Notes under the pieces: model-generated | The model's input: the letters and a program-made list of their open reading frames with translations, nothing else | Told to the model about the DNA's origin: nothing | Databases searched by the model: none | Shown here: positions 29,325-40,127 of the stretch, one piece after another | Position numbering within the stretch: the stretch's first letter is position 1 | Layout of the letters: each line of letters opens with the position of its first letter | Program-made: the position numbers and the translations under genes | Origin: a virus | Taxonomy: Duplodnaviria > Caudoviricetes | Virus record (IMG/VR): IMGVR_UViG_3300028805_000078 | Location: 32,001-96,000 of that record | Length of the DNA: 64,000 nt | Direction: 5' to 3' (one strand)

Positions 29325-31178
29325 ATGGCTAACGCAAATACGATTATAGCAACTGGTGCTAAAACAATTATTGACCTTTCAGACGGTAAAATGTTGTCTG
29401 TCCATCTTGGATCAAATCATCCGAGATTTCAAATTAAAGATTCAAATAGCGGTACAGATGTTTATACACCAGATTGGAGCGGTGTAAATACGCATCTATC
29501 TGTAACACCGGTTATATATGCAAACAACACGCCTGTTCAGTTAGACGACACGCATTTGTCTACTGCATGGACAAGGAAAGAGGGTTCTGGAAGTGCATCA
29601 GCTCTGGTTACAGGAGAAACCGTTACTAATAACGTACTTACAGTATCTCAGAACAAACTTTCATCTATTTCTTCCGGGCTATTGACTTATCTAGTGACCG
29701 TAACATATGTTGACCCGGATACCAGTTTGCCGATTACTGCTACTGCAGAAATTTCGTTTGCGCTTGTTAAGACTGGCTCAAGCGCTAAAACATGTTGGAT
29801 AAGCGGAGAACAGGTGTTTAAGTATGACCAGCAAGCGCAAGTAACGCCGTCGTCTATTACACTTACTGCACATCTTCAGGGTGTTACAATGTCGAAATGG
29901 CGATATTTCAACGAAAACACATCTACATGGATGGATTATCCAACCACTCCGGATAACGGAAGCATATCCGGCGAAACTCTTGTTGTAAAACCAGGCGGAG
30001 ATCACGCTGCAGTATGGTTCAACGATCGCGCTTCAATTAAAGCTGTTACGAGTGACGAAAATGTATACGATGTTACAAGTCTGTATAAAATAACCGATGG
30101 TACACGAGGCGATCCTGCATCCATTGTGTTTCTTACAAATGAAAATATTGGATTCTCAGCTGACAAAGACGGTAAAATCGCAGCAACAACGGCTACATGC
30201 AACGTTGTTGCATATTCCGGTACAACCAAAGTTACTCCAACAGTTGGCACTATATCAGGAGACATAACTGGCATGACGATTTCCAAAGGAAGCGCGTCGA
30301 ATAACGAAATTCCGATTACGATTACGATTGCTGCGAATGCTACTCTTGGTGGTGAAGGCAACCAGCATGGTACGCTTTCTGTTCCGATTACGTCTCCTGT
30401 CAGTACAATTTTGAAGATTAATTGGACCAAAGTAAATACAGGCGCAACCGGTGAAAACGGACAAAACGCTATTGTGTTTTCTGTTTATGCCCCCAACGGC
30501 GAAGTGTTTCAGAATCAACAGGGAACACTTTTGCTCTCGACTCAGGCATACGATGGTTCGACGCCAATTTCGAGCGGCGCAACTTATCAATGGTATCGGT
30601 ATGAGTCAGGAACTTGGAATACTATAACAGGGGCTAACCTTTATACGTATACTGTTAATGGTTCCGATGTAAATGCTCTTGCATCTTTTAAATGTGCAAT
30701 GACTTACAAGAATAAGACTTATTCTGATGTCATAACGCTTGAAGATAAAACTGATAATTATCAGGCAACAATTGATTCCACTGCTGGAGATGTGTTTAAA
30801 AATACAGTAGGTAGTACATATTTGATTTGTCACTTATGGCAGAATGCGCAGCCTGTAGATGCTTTAAAGAGTACAACGTATTCCAATACTGCACCGACGT
30901 CTCCCGCAGAAGGCGATTATTACTATCAAAAGCAAACTCCAACCGCACAAGATAGAAAAGCTGGAACAAAATTAATGCGGTACAATGGATCTTCGTGGGT
31001 TGATGTAACAACTGACCAGACATATGGTCATACTAAAACTTACACGTGGTATAGGCGCGATATGAATGGCAACCCGTACTCTGAAGACAATGGCGGTTCA
31101 TTTGCTACTGGTAAGGTTATTTATGTAGACGGAGATGACGTAACCAACAAAACTGTGTTTGTTTGTGAGGTGCAATAA
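29325..31178 (+). CDS. Tail/baseplate structural protein with Ig-like beta domains
   Basis: T/S-rich beta protein; 'ATYQWY', 'TYTWYRRD..G', C-terminal 'FVCEV'. Confidence 0.6.
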   Translation: MANANTIIATGAKTIIDLSDGKMLSVHLGSNHPRFQIKDSNSGTDVYTPDWSGVNTHLSVTPVIYANNTPVQLDDTHLSTAWTRKEGSGSASALVTGETVTNNVLTVSQNKLSSISSGLLTYLVTVTYVDPDTSLPITATAEISFALVKTGSSAKTCWISGEQVFKYDQQAQVTPSSITLTAHLQGVTMSKWRYFNENTSTWMDYPTTPDNGSISGETLVVKPGGDHAAVWFNDRASIKAVTSDENVYDVTSLYKITDGTRGDPASIVFLTNENIGFSADKDGKIAATTATCNVVAYSGTTKVTPTVGTISGDITGMTISKGSASNNEIPITITIAANATLGGEGNQHGTLSVPITSPVSTILKINWTKVNTGATGENGQNAIVFSVYAPNGEVFQNQQGTLLLSTQAYDGSTPISSGATYQWYRYESGTWNTITGANLYTYTVNGSDVNALASFKCAMTYKNKTYSDVITLEDKTDNYQATIDSTAGDVFKNTVGSTYLICHLWQNAQPVDALKSTTYSNTAPTSPAEGDYYYQKQTPTAQDRKAGTKLMRYNGSSWVDVTTDQTYGHTKTYTWYRRDMNGNPYSEDNGGSFATGKVIYVDGDDVTNKTVFVCEVQ

Positions 31179-31181
31179 TGT

Positions 31182-32345
31182 ATGATCATCGCCAGCGCAC
31201 AAATAACGATTGTTGACAGTCGCGAATTTGAAATATCTCCTGTTGCGCCGGCGAATCCGGTGCAAGACATGTTGTGGCTCGACACTTCTGTCGAGCCTCC
31301 TATTGAAAAGATTTATGACAACGGACAATGGGTTGTCATAAATGACGTAGAGGAGCAGATAGAATCTTCGCGAACGATCCAGGAAATCGAAACACAAATA
31401 CAGCAAACATCTGAAAATATCACGCTTATCTCTGATGAAATATGGACCGACGGTACACATAATACAAGCAAGTTATCTGTTGCAGTTGACGAAATTACTC
31501 AAACCGTAGAAGATACTAAGAATAATTTGCAGACGCAAATTTCTCAAAGCGCAGATAAGATTAGTTGGGTTGTTGAAGGTGACAACCGTGCGGAGATGGC
31601 GTTAACCGATGAAGCTCTTACATTTATCGGCAATCATCTTGATCTATCTTTAAACGATGGATTCACGATTACAGTCGGAGACATTTCAAATAATTTTCAA
31701 ATGACGAATAATGTTTTTCGTCAGGAGTCTTCACCTGTATCAAACGTGAAACAAAATGATTTATGGGTTCAGCCTAGTACAGGATATACGTATCAAGCAT
31801 CAATCGGTGACAGAGATATAGCTGTTGAACACGATACTTTAAAAATATCTAATGCAGTAGTTAGCGATTATAGTGTGTCTGTATTGGGTTCAACTTTAAA
31901 TACTGGAACTGCTTTCAATGTCTCAAATTCCGTATTGTCTGAATTAATCTCACCGACATGGATATACGTTAAAGACAGCCAGATTGACAATGCACAGACA
32001 ACGGCTGAAACAGCAAGTGAAAAAGCCCAAGCCGCGCAAACAGAAGTAAATGAAGTCAGGCAGGCAACGAATGAGATAGCGTCAGATATTGAATCAAATA
32101 TCGCACCTGTAATTGGCAATGTTAAGAGGTGGCTTGATTTTAGTGAAGAAGGTCTGCGTCAGGGAAAAGCCGGAAGTGAGTATTCAACATTAATAGATAA
32201 TGAGGGATATCATATAGATAAAGCCGGTGTTGTTGGGCATGTCGGTTCTTTTACTGCACAAGGACTTGTAACTCAGGGCATGAAACTCGGAGACATTGTA
32301 GTTAAACCAACCGCTACAGGCGGATGGGCATGGACAGAGGTGTAA
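31182..32345 (+). CDS. Minor tail protein (coiled-coil, gp58-like segments)
   Basis: 'P.NP..DMLWLDTS..PP', 'TQISQSADKIS' repeats. Confidence 0.55.
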   Translation: MIIASAQITIVDSREFEISPVAPANPVQDMLWLDTSVEPPIEKIYDNGQWVVINDVEEQIESSRTIQEIETQIQQTSENITLISDEIWTDGTHNTSKLSVAVDEITQTVEDTKNNLQTQISQSADKISWVVEGDNRAEMALTDEALTFIGNHLDLSLNDGFTITVGDISNNFQMTNNVFRQESSPVSNVKQNDLWVQPSTGYTYQASIGDRDIAVEHDTLKISNAVVSDYSVSVLGSTLNTGTAFNVSNSVLSELISPTWIYVKDSQIDNAQTTAETASEKAQAAQTEVNEVRQATNEIASDIESNIAPVIGNVKRWLDFSEEGLRQGKAGSEYSTLIDNEGYHIDKAGVVGHVGSFTAQGLVTQGMKLGDIVVKPTATGGWAWTEV

Positions 32346-32346
32346 T

Positions 32347-34371
32347 ATGGCACAAGGTAATTTAACATTAAGTTCAAACCGCGCGGAAACATATTCAACG
32401 TGGAATGGATATCAAAGCGGTTACGGTGAAATTCGTTATACTACTCCGTCTACAGACAGTCAGACAATTACCGTATCTATTCCAGCCTCAATGGCTAATG
32501 CGTCGTTTAATTCCGTTACTTTATCATACAGTTTGGATTCTGCAAGTGGAACACGATCGATAAAATTCGCAAATGATTCATCTCTGTACAGCGATGCTGC
32601 GATGCTTGAACGCTTGAAGACTGGCGGAAGTATTGATTTACGATTTACGTTTAAAGCGGCCGGCGGATATGGATCTGAGGGTTCGAATGGCGCAAGCTGT
32701 GAATGGGAAAACATTGTGATATCTGTTAATTATACGGGCGCAGGTGCAATTAGTGGTACTTTAAGTACGGATCAGAGTTCTTCTATATCATATAGTACCA
32801 ACATAACAAATGTTGCAAAAGGAGAAACGCTGCCTATATCTTTGACGATATTGCCAGTCAATGCGATAACTTCGATTTCCGTAAGATTCGCAGATGCAAA
32901 TCATACTTCATCTGGTTACACATCAAACAATTTTACAGTGAGTTGTCGTGCCGGCGTTGCGTCGTCATTCGATTTAAATGTCAACATTAATGATTGTACG
33001 CTTACAAACAGAGTAGAATCTGCTAAGATTTGTGTCGTATTGACAACGTCAAACGGAACAGAAACAACCGGATGGAATGACTGCGGAAATCCAACTGTGC
33101 TAAAACTGATAAACTTGAGAAATGCGCCGACGATTAGCGTTGCATGGAGCGATACGAATACAACAACATCTTCAATAGGTAGTTATATACAGAATGCAAG
33201 TACTTTAAGATGTGCTGCAACAATAACGTGTGATACAACAGCAGATAGTTTAACCGCAGTTACTGCACGAAGGCTTGTTGTTGGTGGCATAGAATATGAA
33301 ATGACAAGTGATATAGTTGATATTGGTACTGTCGATGCGTCTGGAAATGTTTCGTGGATATTATATGCAACAGATAATCATGGCGTAACTGGCAGTAACA
33401 GCGGCACTTTGACTGTTGTGGCGTACAGAAAACCGTATTTAAATCTATTGAGTTTTCAAAGATATAAAAATTCTGAAATTGACGAGACGAGCAATACTAT
33501 ATGGGTAAATATGGGTGGAGAGATATCTTCATCTGTTTCATCTAACGCCTGGACAATTAAAGCCAATTATGTGAATGGCAATGAAACTGTAAGTGGAAAT
33601 GTAAACATGGCTTCCGGAAGCGCAGGAACTGTTTTGAATTATAGTAAAAGCAAAACTTTGTTTACTACTTCACTTGATGCTTCAAACGATTGGGTAATTA
33701 CAGTAACTCTGCAAGACAGAATTTCATCAACTCAATATACAACAACCGTGTCTAAAACAAGTGCCTTGTTTAATATAGAAAAACACGGCGTTGCAATTGG
33801 AATGCGATCTACAGGAACTAATCTTTCACCTAAATTTGAAAGTAATTATGCATCAACTTTTTATCAGCCTGTGACTTTTTCTGATGATGTAACAATAAAC
33901 GATGCTGTCACTGTTACTGGGGCTATTACTGCTACTGGAGCCGCGAGTTTTCAAGGCGCAACATTCGGCGGAAATGTTTCATTTAATGGAACTATTACAG
34001 ACAGTAATGGTCAACCTATCAACGGAGGAACAGATAGTGGATGGGTAAACTTGACTTTAGATGCTAATACATGTAAGCAAGATACGAATTTTGTTACTTG
34101 TTCAGTGAGAAAAAAGAATGGCCTTGTATGTATTCGAGGAGCTGTAACATTAAAAACCTCAATGTCATCAAGCAGTAGTGCAACTGTATCATTGTTGCAA
34201 TTACCCGTTGGATATAGACCTTCTGGAACAATGTTGATAAACAGCGGAAGCAAAGCGAATTACAGTTCAATACAAATCGACAGCGATGGAACGATGAAGC
34301 TGTGGAATAGAACCGGCAGTCCAATAGGAACAAGTGAACCTATTAGTATTTCCGCATGCTTTTTAGAATAA
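32347..34371 (+). CDS. Tail fibre/baseplate protein (DUF859-like)
   Basis: 'GSYIQNAS', 'VVAYRKP', 'GVAIG', C-terminal 'DSGW..L...RKKNGLVCIRG..LPVGYRPS' fibre-tip pattern. Confidence 0.6.
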   Translation: MAQGNLTLSSNRAETYSTWNGYQSGYGEIRYTTPSTDSQTITVSIPASMANASFNSVTLSYSLDSASGTRSIKFANDSSLYSDAAMLERLKTGGSIDLRFTFKAAGGYGSEGSNGASCEWENIVISVNYTGAGAISGTLSTDQSSSISYSTNITNVAKGETLPISLTILPVNAITSISVRFADANHTSSGYTSNNFTVSCRAGVASSFDLNVNINDCTLTNRVESAKICVVLTTSNGTETTGWNDCGNPTVLKLINLRNAPTISVAWSDTNTTTSSIGSYIQNASTLRCAATITCDTTADSLTAVTARRLVVGGIEYEMTSDIVDIGTVDASGNVSWILYATDNHGVTGSNSGTLTVVAYRKPYLNLLSFQRYKNSEIDETSNTIWVNMGGEISSSVSSNAWTIKANYVNGNETVSGNVNMASGSAGTVLNYSKSKTLFTTSLDASNDWVITVTLQDRISSTQYTTTVSKTSALFNIEKHGVAIGMRSTGTNLSPKFESNYASTFYQPVTFSDDVTINDAVTVTGAITATGAASFQGATFGGNVSFNGTITDSNGQPINGGTDSGWVNLTLDANTCKQDTNFVTCSVRKKNGLVCIRGAVTLKTSMSSSSSATVSLLQLPVGYRPSGTMLINSGSKANYSSIQIDSDGTMKLWNRTGSPIGTSEPISISACFLE

Positions 34372-34384
34372 AGGAGGCTAATAT

Positions 34385-37228
34385 ATGCCTATAGTAGATA
34401 AAATACAAGTAAGTTCTACAACATATGATATACAAGATAGCAATGCCGTGAGGTTTAACGGATCTCAAACTCTTTCAGATGCACAAAAACTTCAAGCACG
34501 AACGAACATCGGAGCCTCGGCTGTTGCTGTCGATAACACCTTAACAGTTTCTGGTGCGGCAGCAGACGCAAAGACTGTTGGCGATCTCGTTAAAGATGTT
34601 GTGTACCAAGAGTTTAGTGAAACGATGACAAAGCCGGAATCCGGCAATGCAATCATTACTGAGCCGTTTCGTATTATAAAGAATAAACCTTATTTATTGA
34701 TAGCTGAAACAACTGGATCGGTTACGATTACTACGCGATTGACTAGCTCCGGAAGCACAGTAGAGAGTTTGTATGCTGGCGCGGCTGTTTCTGGTTTGGT
34801 TATCATTCCAGAGTATGACGCTAATTATTTTAGAGTAGTTGCAACAAAAGATGCGACTGTTCAATTTAAAACACTTCCTATGAAGGAAGTATATGAAAAT
34901 GCTATAGATTCAAAGTTTATCGGTTTATCTGATCTACATGGTGTATCGTGGCAAATTAACAAATATATCAATCCAAGCCACATAGTCGCAGCTTCGAATT
35001 ATGCGATGCTGTCCGATTTTCTGCCAAGCGCTCCATATTACATATATACCGGTGCTACAGTAGATGCTAACAATGTTCCACTGAAAGTATATATACACCA
35101 GTACAACAGTAATAAAACATGGTTGCGTTCTAAAGAACTTATAGCACTTGAAGACAAAACTCTGCGTCCAGAAAAAGATGTTAGTTATGTGCGTATTGTG
35201 TTCGGAAGAGAATCAAGTACTGAAGTAACTATTAGCGCTGAAGACATAGGTTATTTTGGTATGAAAACTTTGACATCAACACCACAAGTAATGAACGAAA
35301 TTAATTTGTACAGATGCGATAGTTTATTTGAACAAGGTTATTATTACATTACTTCAGGCGACACAATTGGTCTTCGTGTTGGCAATGCAATCTATTGCAC
35401 TTGCATTCTTCACGTTATGCCAAGTGATAAAATACACATAACCGGCGTTGGAGGTTCTAACGGTAAGCTTTGGGCTTTTGCACGTGCGAACGGCACGATA
35501 ACGAGACGGGAAAGTGGTTCTAGCAATCTTTTAAATGGTGTATTAACAGTTGAAGATGGTGAATCGTTGCTTGTTTACAATGCGATGATGACATCTGATT
35601 TATACCCACCTTATTTGGCGATTGAAACAGACAGAATAATCAACTTAGATTCTTTGCGTACTGTTACTCATGATTTGGCGAAAGCAAAAGACGAGATAGA
35701 AACAATGCTTGCGTCTGAGTTTAGTACGTCTGTATCTTATAAGGTAAATGATTACGTTCGGTACGATAATGTTTTATATCGATTTACAGTTGATCACGAA
35801 GCAGGTGTCTGGAATGCCGAACATGTGGTTGAAGTTACTGTTGGCATAGATCTTTCTGATCTGAGAGACGATATAGACACACTGGGGATAAAATCCAACT
35901 TTGAATTAGGCGAATGGCGAAACGGTTGGATTCGTCTGGGCGGTGCTGGTGACCAGGCTGGAACTATAGGAAGTGCGACCAGGCATCTTATTGCTGGATA
36001 TGATGGGACGCAAATAGTTCAAAAAGGCGATGGCAGAACGTGGAAGATATCAGTTAAAAATGGTTGGGCTTTAATGAACATAGGTGAATACAACACCAAA
36101 TCGGCATCTTCATTTACGCAATTCTTGGATTTAAGCACAAATGAAGTAACGCTATTAGCTGACAAGTATTATTGCATCGATATTTCAAAAGCATCAAACG
36201 AAGCAATATCGCCGACCGATGTAACGGATGACACCATTGTTTTCACGCATACTGATTATACGGACAAAACGCTTACAATGTCGGATAAAGCTGCGGATGC
36301 GAAGGCTACTGGTGACGCTATCGGGATGTTGGATAACAACATTGCTACCATTAATACTGCGAATATCACTTGGGCGTTAAATGGTATCAATGTATCAACA
36401 GGTGCAAACACTACCGCAACAAACAGGGTCAGTAGTGACCTTGTAACAAATTGCCCATCGATTGTGCACATTGCCGAAGGATACAGTTACATGATCATGC
36501 GTTATACCAAAGATGGCACTTATGATGGCGCATTCGACGGGAGCACATGGGGCAAGTCATACAAAGCCGCTATGTGGCGCACGGTAGTTTTAACTATTGA
36601 CGAGTTAGGTAGTAACGCTGGTAATTATAACTATCGCGTTGCCATGAAAGAAAATAATGACGCTGATTTGACGATTGCGGATGCTAGTCACATAACGCTT
36701 TTAGCCTTTACAGATAGTGCTCTTACAATGTCAGGCAAGGCGGCTGATGCGAAGGTTGTTGGAACTGATGTTAAATATATTGGTTTATCTGATCCATACA
36801 ATATAACATGGCAGCTAAATAAAAACCTAAGTAATGGAGAAGAAACTGCCAGTACATTTACGGCATTGTCTAACGCATTGCCGCCCTCTCCTATAATTGT
36901 TCGTACAGGCGCGGATCAGGATTCTAACGACAAATATTTAAGTATGTTTGTGCATGAATTTCGCAGTGATGACAGTTGGATTGGACGAACGCGCATGGAT
37001 TATACAACTTCAAGGATAATGCGTGTATCTGACGAATGCGCATATATAAGAATTGTTTTTGGTCGTGCATCAAGCTATGCTGTAAATATTGCGCAAAGTG
37101 ATATCGATACTTATTTCGGTGTTGAAATGTACGTCCCTATGCGTTATGTTATGTCGGAACTCGATAAAATCGGAGCGCAAACATTGTATACGGCAATGAT
37201 GACCGACACTGTGATTGGAGGAAACTGA
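34385..37228 (+). CDS. Modular tail fibre/receptor-binding protein
   Basis: Three 'D.TLT.SG.AADAK..G' linkers; duplicated 'IGLSD...WQ.NK...Y.RIVFGR' domain. Confidence 0.6.
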   Translation: MPIVDKIQVSSTTYDIQDSNAVRFNGSQTLSDAQKLQARTNIGASAVAVDNTLTVSGAAADAKTVGDLVKDVVYQEFSETMTKPESGNAIITEPFRIIKNKPYLLIAETTGSVTITTRLTSSGSTVESLYAGAAVSGLVIIPEYDANYFRVVATKDATVQFKTLPMKEVYENAIDSKFIGLSDLHGVSWQINKYINPSHIVAASNYAMLSDFLPSAPYYIYTGATVDANNVPLKVYIHQYNSNKTWLRSKELIALEDKTLRPEKDVSYVRIVFGRESSTEVTISAEDIGYFGMKTLTSTPQVMNEINLYRCDSLFEQGYYYITSGDTIGLRVGNAIYCTCILHVMPSDKIHITGVGGSNGKLWAFARANGTITRRESGSSNLLNGVLTVEDGESLLVYNAMMTSDLYPPYLAIETDRIINLDSLRTVTHDLAKAKDEIETMLASEFSTSVSYKVNDYVRYDNVLYRFTVDHEAGVWNAEHVVEVTVGIDLSDLRDDIDTLGIKSNFELGEWRNGWIRLGGAGDQAGTIGSATRHLIAGYDGTQIVQKGDGRTWKISVKNGWALMNIGEYNTKSASSFTQFLDLSTNEVTLLADKYYCIDISKASNEAISPTDVTDDTIVFTHTDYTDKTLTMSDKAADAKATGDAIGMLDNNIATINTANITWALNGINVSTGANTTATNRVSSDLVTNCPSIVHIAEGYSYMIMRYTKDGTYDGAFDGSTWGKSYKAAMWRTVVLTIDELGSNAGNYNYRVAMKENNDADLTIADASHITLLAFTDSALTMSGKAADAKVVGTDVKYIGLSDPYNITWQLNKNLSNGEETASTFTALSNALPPSPIIVRTGADQDSNDKYLSMFVHEFRSDDSWIGRTRMDYTTSRIMRVSDECAYIRIVFGRASSYAVNIAQSDIDTYFGVEMYVPMRYVMSELDKIGAQTLYTAMMTDTVIGGN

Positions 37229-37229
37229 T

Positions 37230-37439
37230 ATGTTTGAACGAGTAAAACATTATTATGACGTTGGACTGTATACACAAGTAAACGTTATGGCTTTTGTTGC
37301 GAAGAATTATTTAACTATGGAGCAGTATTATGAGATTGTTGGAACTAACGAAGATGAGGACGAGGTTGAAGAAAACGTAGAAAATGTAGAAAACACAGAA
37401 CCGAGCGAAGAAAATGATGAAGAAAACCCAAGTGATTAA
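37230..37439 (+). CDS. XkdX-family protein
   Basis: MFERVKHYYDVGLYT...FV....LT.EQYYEIVG plus acidic tail; GGAGG RBS. Confidence 0.75.
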   Translation: MFERVKHYYDVGLYTQVNVMAFVAKNYLTMEQYYEIVGTNEDEDEVEENVENVENTEPSEENDEENPSD

Positions 37440-37489
37440 TAATAAACATTATATAATTAAAATAATTTATAATAAAGGAGTTGATCGAT

Positions 37490-37699
37490 ATGGCCTGGCA
37501 CTTGCTCAGGAGCGGCGGAGAGAACGAAGAGTTCGGCTTCGCACATAAAGAATTTCTTATCGATTTTACAAGCGATATATCTACTGAACCTACGGAATAT
37601 GGACCTATAGCAATGGGATCGATGGCTCACACCGCAGGTTATGCAAACATGTATGAAAAAGCCGCAGATGGTGAATGGTATGAAATCTGGGGTGAATAA
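37490..37699 (+). CDS. Hypothetical protein
   Basis: AAGGAG RBS; 'EFLID...D...P......GSMA' small tail-region protein. Confidence 0.6.
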   Translation: MAWHLLRSGGENEEFGFAHKEFLIDFTSDISTEPTEYGPIAMGSMAHTAGYANMYEKAADGEWYEIWGE

Positions 37700-37701
37700 T
37701 A

Positions 37702-37887
37702 ATGAATATGCAAGAGGCAATCATGATTGCGATGAAAGCAATCGGAAACGCTGGCGGTTGCGGCAGCGGTGATGGAGGTTTGAAATTGGAAGACTTAGGA
37801 ATCTTTGTAGGCGATTTTCTAAACAGACCTCCTGAGATTACATATGGTGCACTTAATACATTAACAAGAGAAATCTACGGTGTCTGA
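37702..37887 (+). CDS. Hypothetical protein
   Basis: Translationally adjacent ORF, 61 aa. Confidence 0.5.
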   Translation: MNMQEAIMIAMKAIGNAGGCGSGDGGLKLEDLGIFVGDFLNRPPEITYGALNTLTREIYGV

Positions 37888-37965
37888 TATAAATTTCGTG
37901 TTTTCGATTTTATATAAAACATATAATAGATAAGACATGTTTATACACATAGTGACACGAAAGGA

Positions 37966-38970
37966 GTGACGCAATTGTCACGAACTATCTCACAACTTGC
38001 GGCTGGCACATGCGTCTATGTTGATGAAACTATCGACGGCGCGGTCGTGCATACGCCATATATCTATCTCGGCCTTGATGAAAGCGGCAACGCAAGGCTG
38101 CTCAGGGAAAAGGCCGCAACACAAAAGAGAATGCATTCCTCGAACGTAGCTTCATACAGCGGCTGCGAAGCGGACGTCTGGCTTGAAAATGAAACAGACG
38201 GATTCCTTTCCCGTTTTGACGCGGCTACGATCAACGCGCTCGTAAACACGAGTATCAAGTACACGGACTTTACTTTAAATCAAGAACAGACGGCACAGAT
38301 AGTTACGATCCAGCGGCGGTGCTTTCTTTTGTCGTACACCGAAGAAGGCTTGGCCGCCACGTCTGCAGGCGACGAAGGACAGAGTTATCTCGCAGCACTC
38401 AAGACGTATACGCAGCAAACTTCGGGCGACGATGCTCGCATCGGTTACAACGAGAACGATTCTGCTGTCTACGTTTGGATGCGGTCAGGTTACTCACCTA
38501 CTAATTTCCGCAACATCGGCATGAACGGTAGCGCGGGCAACGGCAGTGCGTCGTCCGCAGTCAGCCACATTCGCCCAGCGTTATCTGTTGCGCCAGCGAC
38601 GATCGTTAGCGACGAAGGCGCTGAAGCTATCTTCCTTCTTCCCAATGGACGCCGAACAACGTGGGACATCGAATATAGCTGCAGCCTTGGCACATACTCC
38701 GCTCCCCCTGTTAAAGCCAGACTGTTTTTTGAACATGAGTACGTTCACGATTTTCTTGAAATCAAGGCGTGCAACAATTACGCGGATGCAGAGCCTACCT
38801 GGGTAGAACCGATCAATGATTCGCTCGTTTTCAGATTCGGTACGAATACTACAACAGGAACGTACGAACTCGGTGTAAAGATCCACGCAACTGGACTTAC
38901 GAAAGACATGTGTATCACAGAGCCGATCATGATAGCGGAGGTCGACAATTCTGTCGCTCCGGCTACTTGA
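37966..38970 (+). CDS. DUF6273-like protein (family of DGR target proteins)
   Basis: 'Y..C.AD.WL', 'R.FLLS..E', 'VWMRS.......G.......A......RPAL', C-terminal 'CNN..D..PTW'. Confidence 0.7.
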   Translation: MTQLSRTISQLAAGTCVYVDETIDGAVVHTPYIYLGLDESGNARLLREKAATQKRMHSSNVASYSGCEADVWLENETDGFLSRFDAATINALVNTSIKYTDFTLNQEQTAQIVTIQRRCFLLSYTEEGLAATSAGDEGQSYLAALKTYTQQTSGDDARIGYNENDSAVYVWMRSGYSPTNFRNIGMNGSAGNGSASSAVSHIRPALSVAPATIVSDEGAEAIFLLPNGRRTTWDIEYSCSLGTYSAPPVKARLFFEHEYVHDFLEIKACNNYADAEPTWVEPINDSLVFRFGTNTTTGTYELGVKIHATGLTKDMCITEPIMIAEVDNSVAPAT

Positions 38971-38992
38971 CAAATTATAAAGGAGTAATCTT

Positions 38993-39136
38993 ATGAGTAT
39001 TTTCTTTAAACGAAACGCAGAGAATGAAGAGATGAAAGACTTCGAAAATGATGAAGTATATGTACTGATCAACGGTGAACTTATTAAAACTGAAGTTCCT
39101 GATGATGATGAAACGGAGAGTGAAGACAATGCCTGA
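38993..39136 (+). CDS. Small acidic protein (47 aa, not in ORF track)
   Basis: AAGGAG RBS; MSIFFKRNAENEEM...; overlaps the endolysin start. Confidence 0.5.
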   Translation: MSIFFKRNAENEEMKDFENDEVYVLINGELIKTEVPDDDETESEDNA

Positions 39137-40085
39137 TACTATTAAACTTGGAGATAAAGGTAAATTTGTAAAAGCCGCCAAGTATTTGAGCGGCTTTTCT
39201 GATATCAAGCAAGCGTCTGAAGATTTTGACGAGACGTTTAGTGAGTATATTAAAAACTGGCAGCGCGTCAATAATCTCGAACAAGATGGTGTAATTGGAG
39301 AAAAGAGTTGGGAGACACTCGCCGATAAAGCCCCTACCGTTTCAACTTCTAAGAACCGCAAGAGCGCGGCTACGTGCGCGCTGCAGGAACTGCTTGATTG
39401 CGAAGCTGACGGCATTTGCGGTCCTAAAACGAAAGCCGCAATATCTGCTTATCAGGCAGCGAACGATCTTGTACTTGACGGTATCTGCGGTAAAAAGACA
39501 TGGCGTATGCTGCTGACCGGAAAGAAGGATGAAGCTATTGTTTCTTCCGGCGCAGACAACGCTGTTCAGCCTCCGAACTTCAAGCAGTATGATTCAAGGT
39601 GGGCAAGCAAGATGTATTCGAACCACGGCGATAAATCGCAGACGATGAAATCTTCCGCTTGTGGTCCTACTTCGATGGCGGATATCGTAGCACAGTGGTG
39701 GGACGTCAACATTACGCCTTGGGATCTTGCTCAGCTGTCTATGCAGTGGGGAACCCGCACTTATGACAGCGGTACGAGCAGCACGTTCTTTAAAAAGATC
39801 GCCGCACAGTACGGCGCGTCCAAGTATATCACAACCTCTTCGATCCAGTCCGCAATCGCCTGCCTGAATGCTGGCGGTTACGTTGTCGTATGTTTCGGCA
39901 AAGGAACGAAGGGTAAGAGTTCGTATCAGAAATGGACGACAGGCGGGCACTACTGCTGCATCTGGAAATACGACGGCAAATACTTTTATATCAACGATCC
40001 CGCGAGCGCGAAAGCCGCTCGTGCAAAAGGAACGTATGACGAAGTACTTGACGCCCGAAAAGGATTTTATTGCTTTTATAAATAA
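39129..40085 (+). CDS. Endolysin: two peptidoglycan-binding domains plus C39-like cysteine peptidase
   Basis: 'DGVIGEKSW' and 'DGICG.KTW' PG-binding repeats; 'KQYDSRW...SACGPTSMA...GGHY...INDP'. Confidence 0.8.
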   Translation: MPDTIKLGDKGKFVKAAKYLSGFSDIKQASEDFDETFSEYIKNWQRVNNLEQDGVIGEKSWETLADKAPTVSTSKNRKSAATCALQELLDCEADGICGPKTKAAISAYQAANDLVLDGICGKKTWRMLLTGKKDEAIVSSGADNAVQPPNFKQYDSRWASKMYSNHGDKSQTMKSSACGPTSMADIVAQWWDVNITPWDLAQLSMQWGTRTYDSGTSSTFFKKIAAQYGASKYITTSSIQSAIACLNAGGYVVVCFGKGTKGKSSYQKWTTGGHYCCIWKYDGKYFYINDPASAKAARAKGTYDEVLDARKGFYCFYK

Positions 40086-40127
40086 GGAATAAACCAAGTA
40101 ACATAAACTCGAAATGAGGGATGTATC

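Noticed and set aside
37890-40100. Complete diversity-generating retroelement
   Set aside because: No reverse transcriptase, Avd or template repeat was found in the window.
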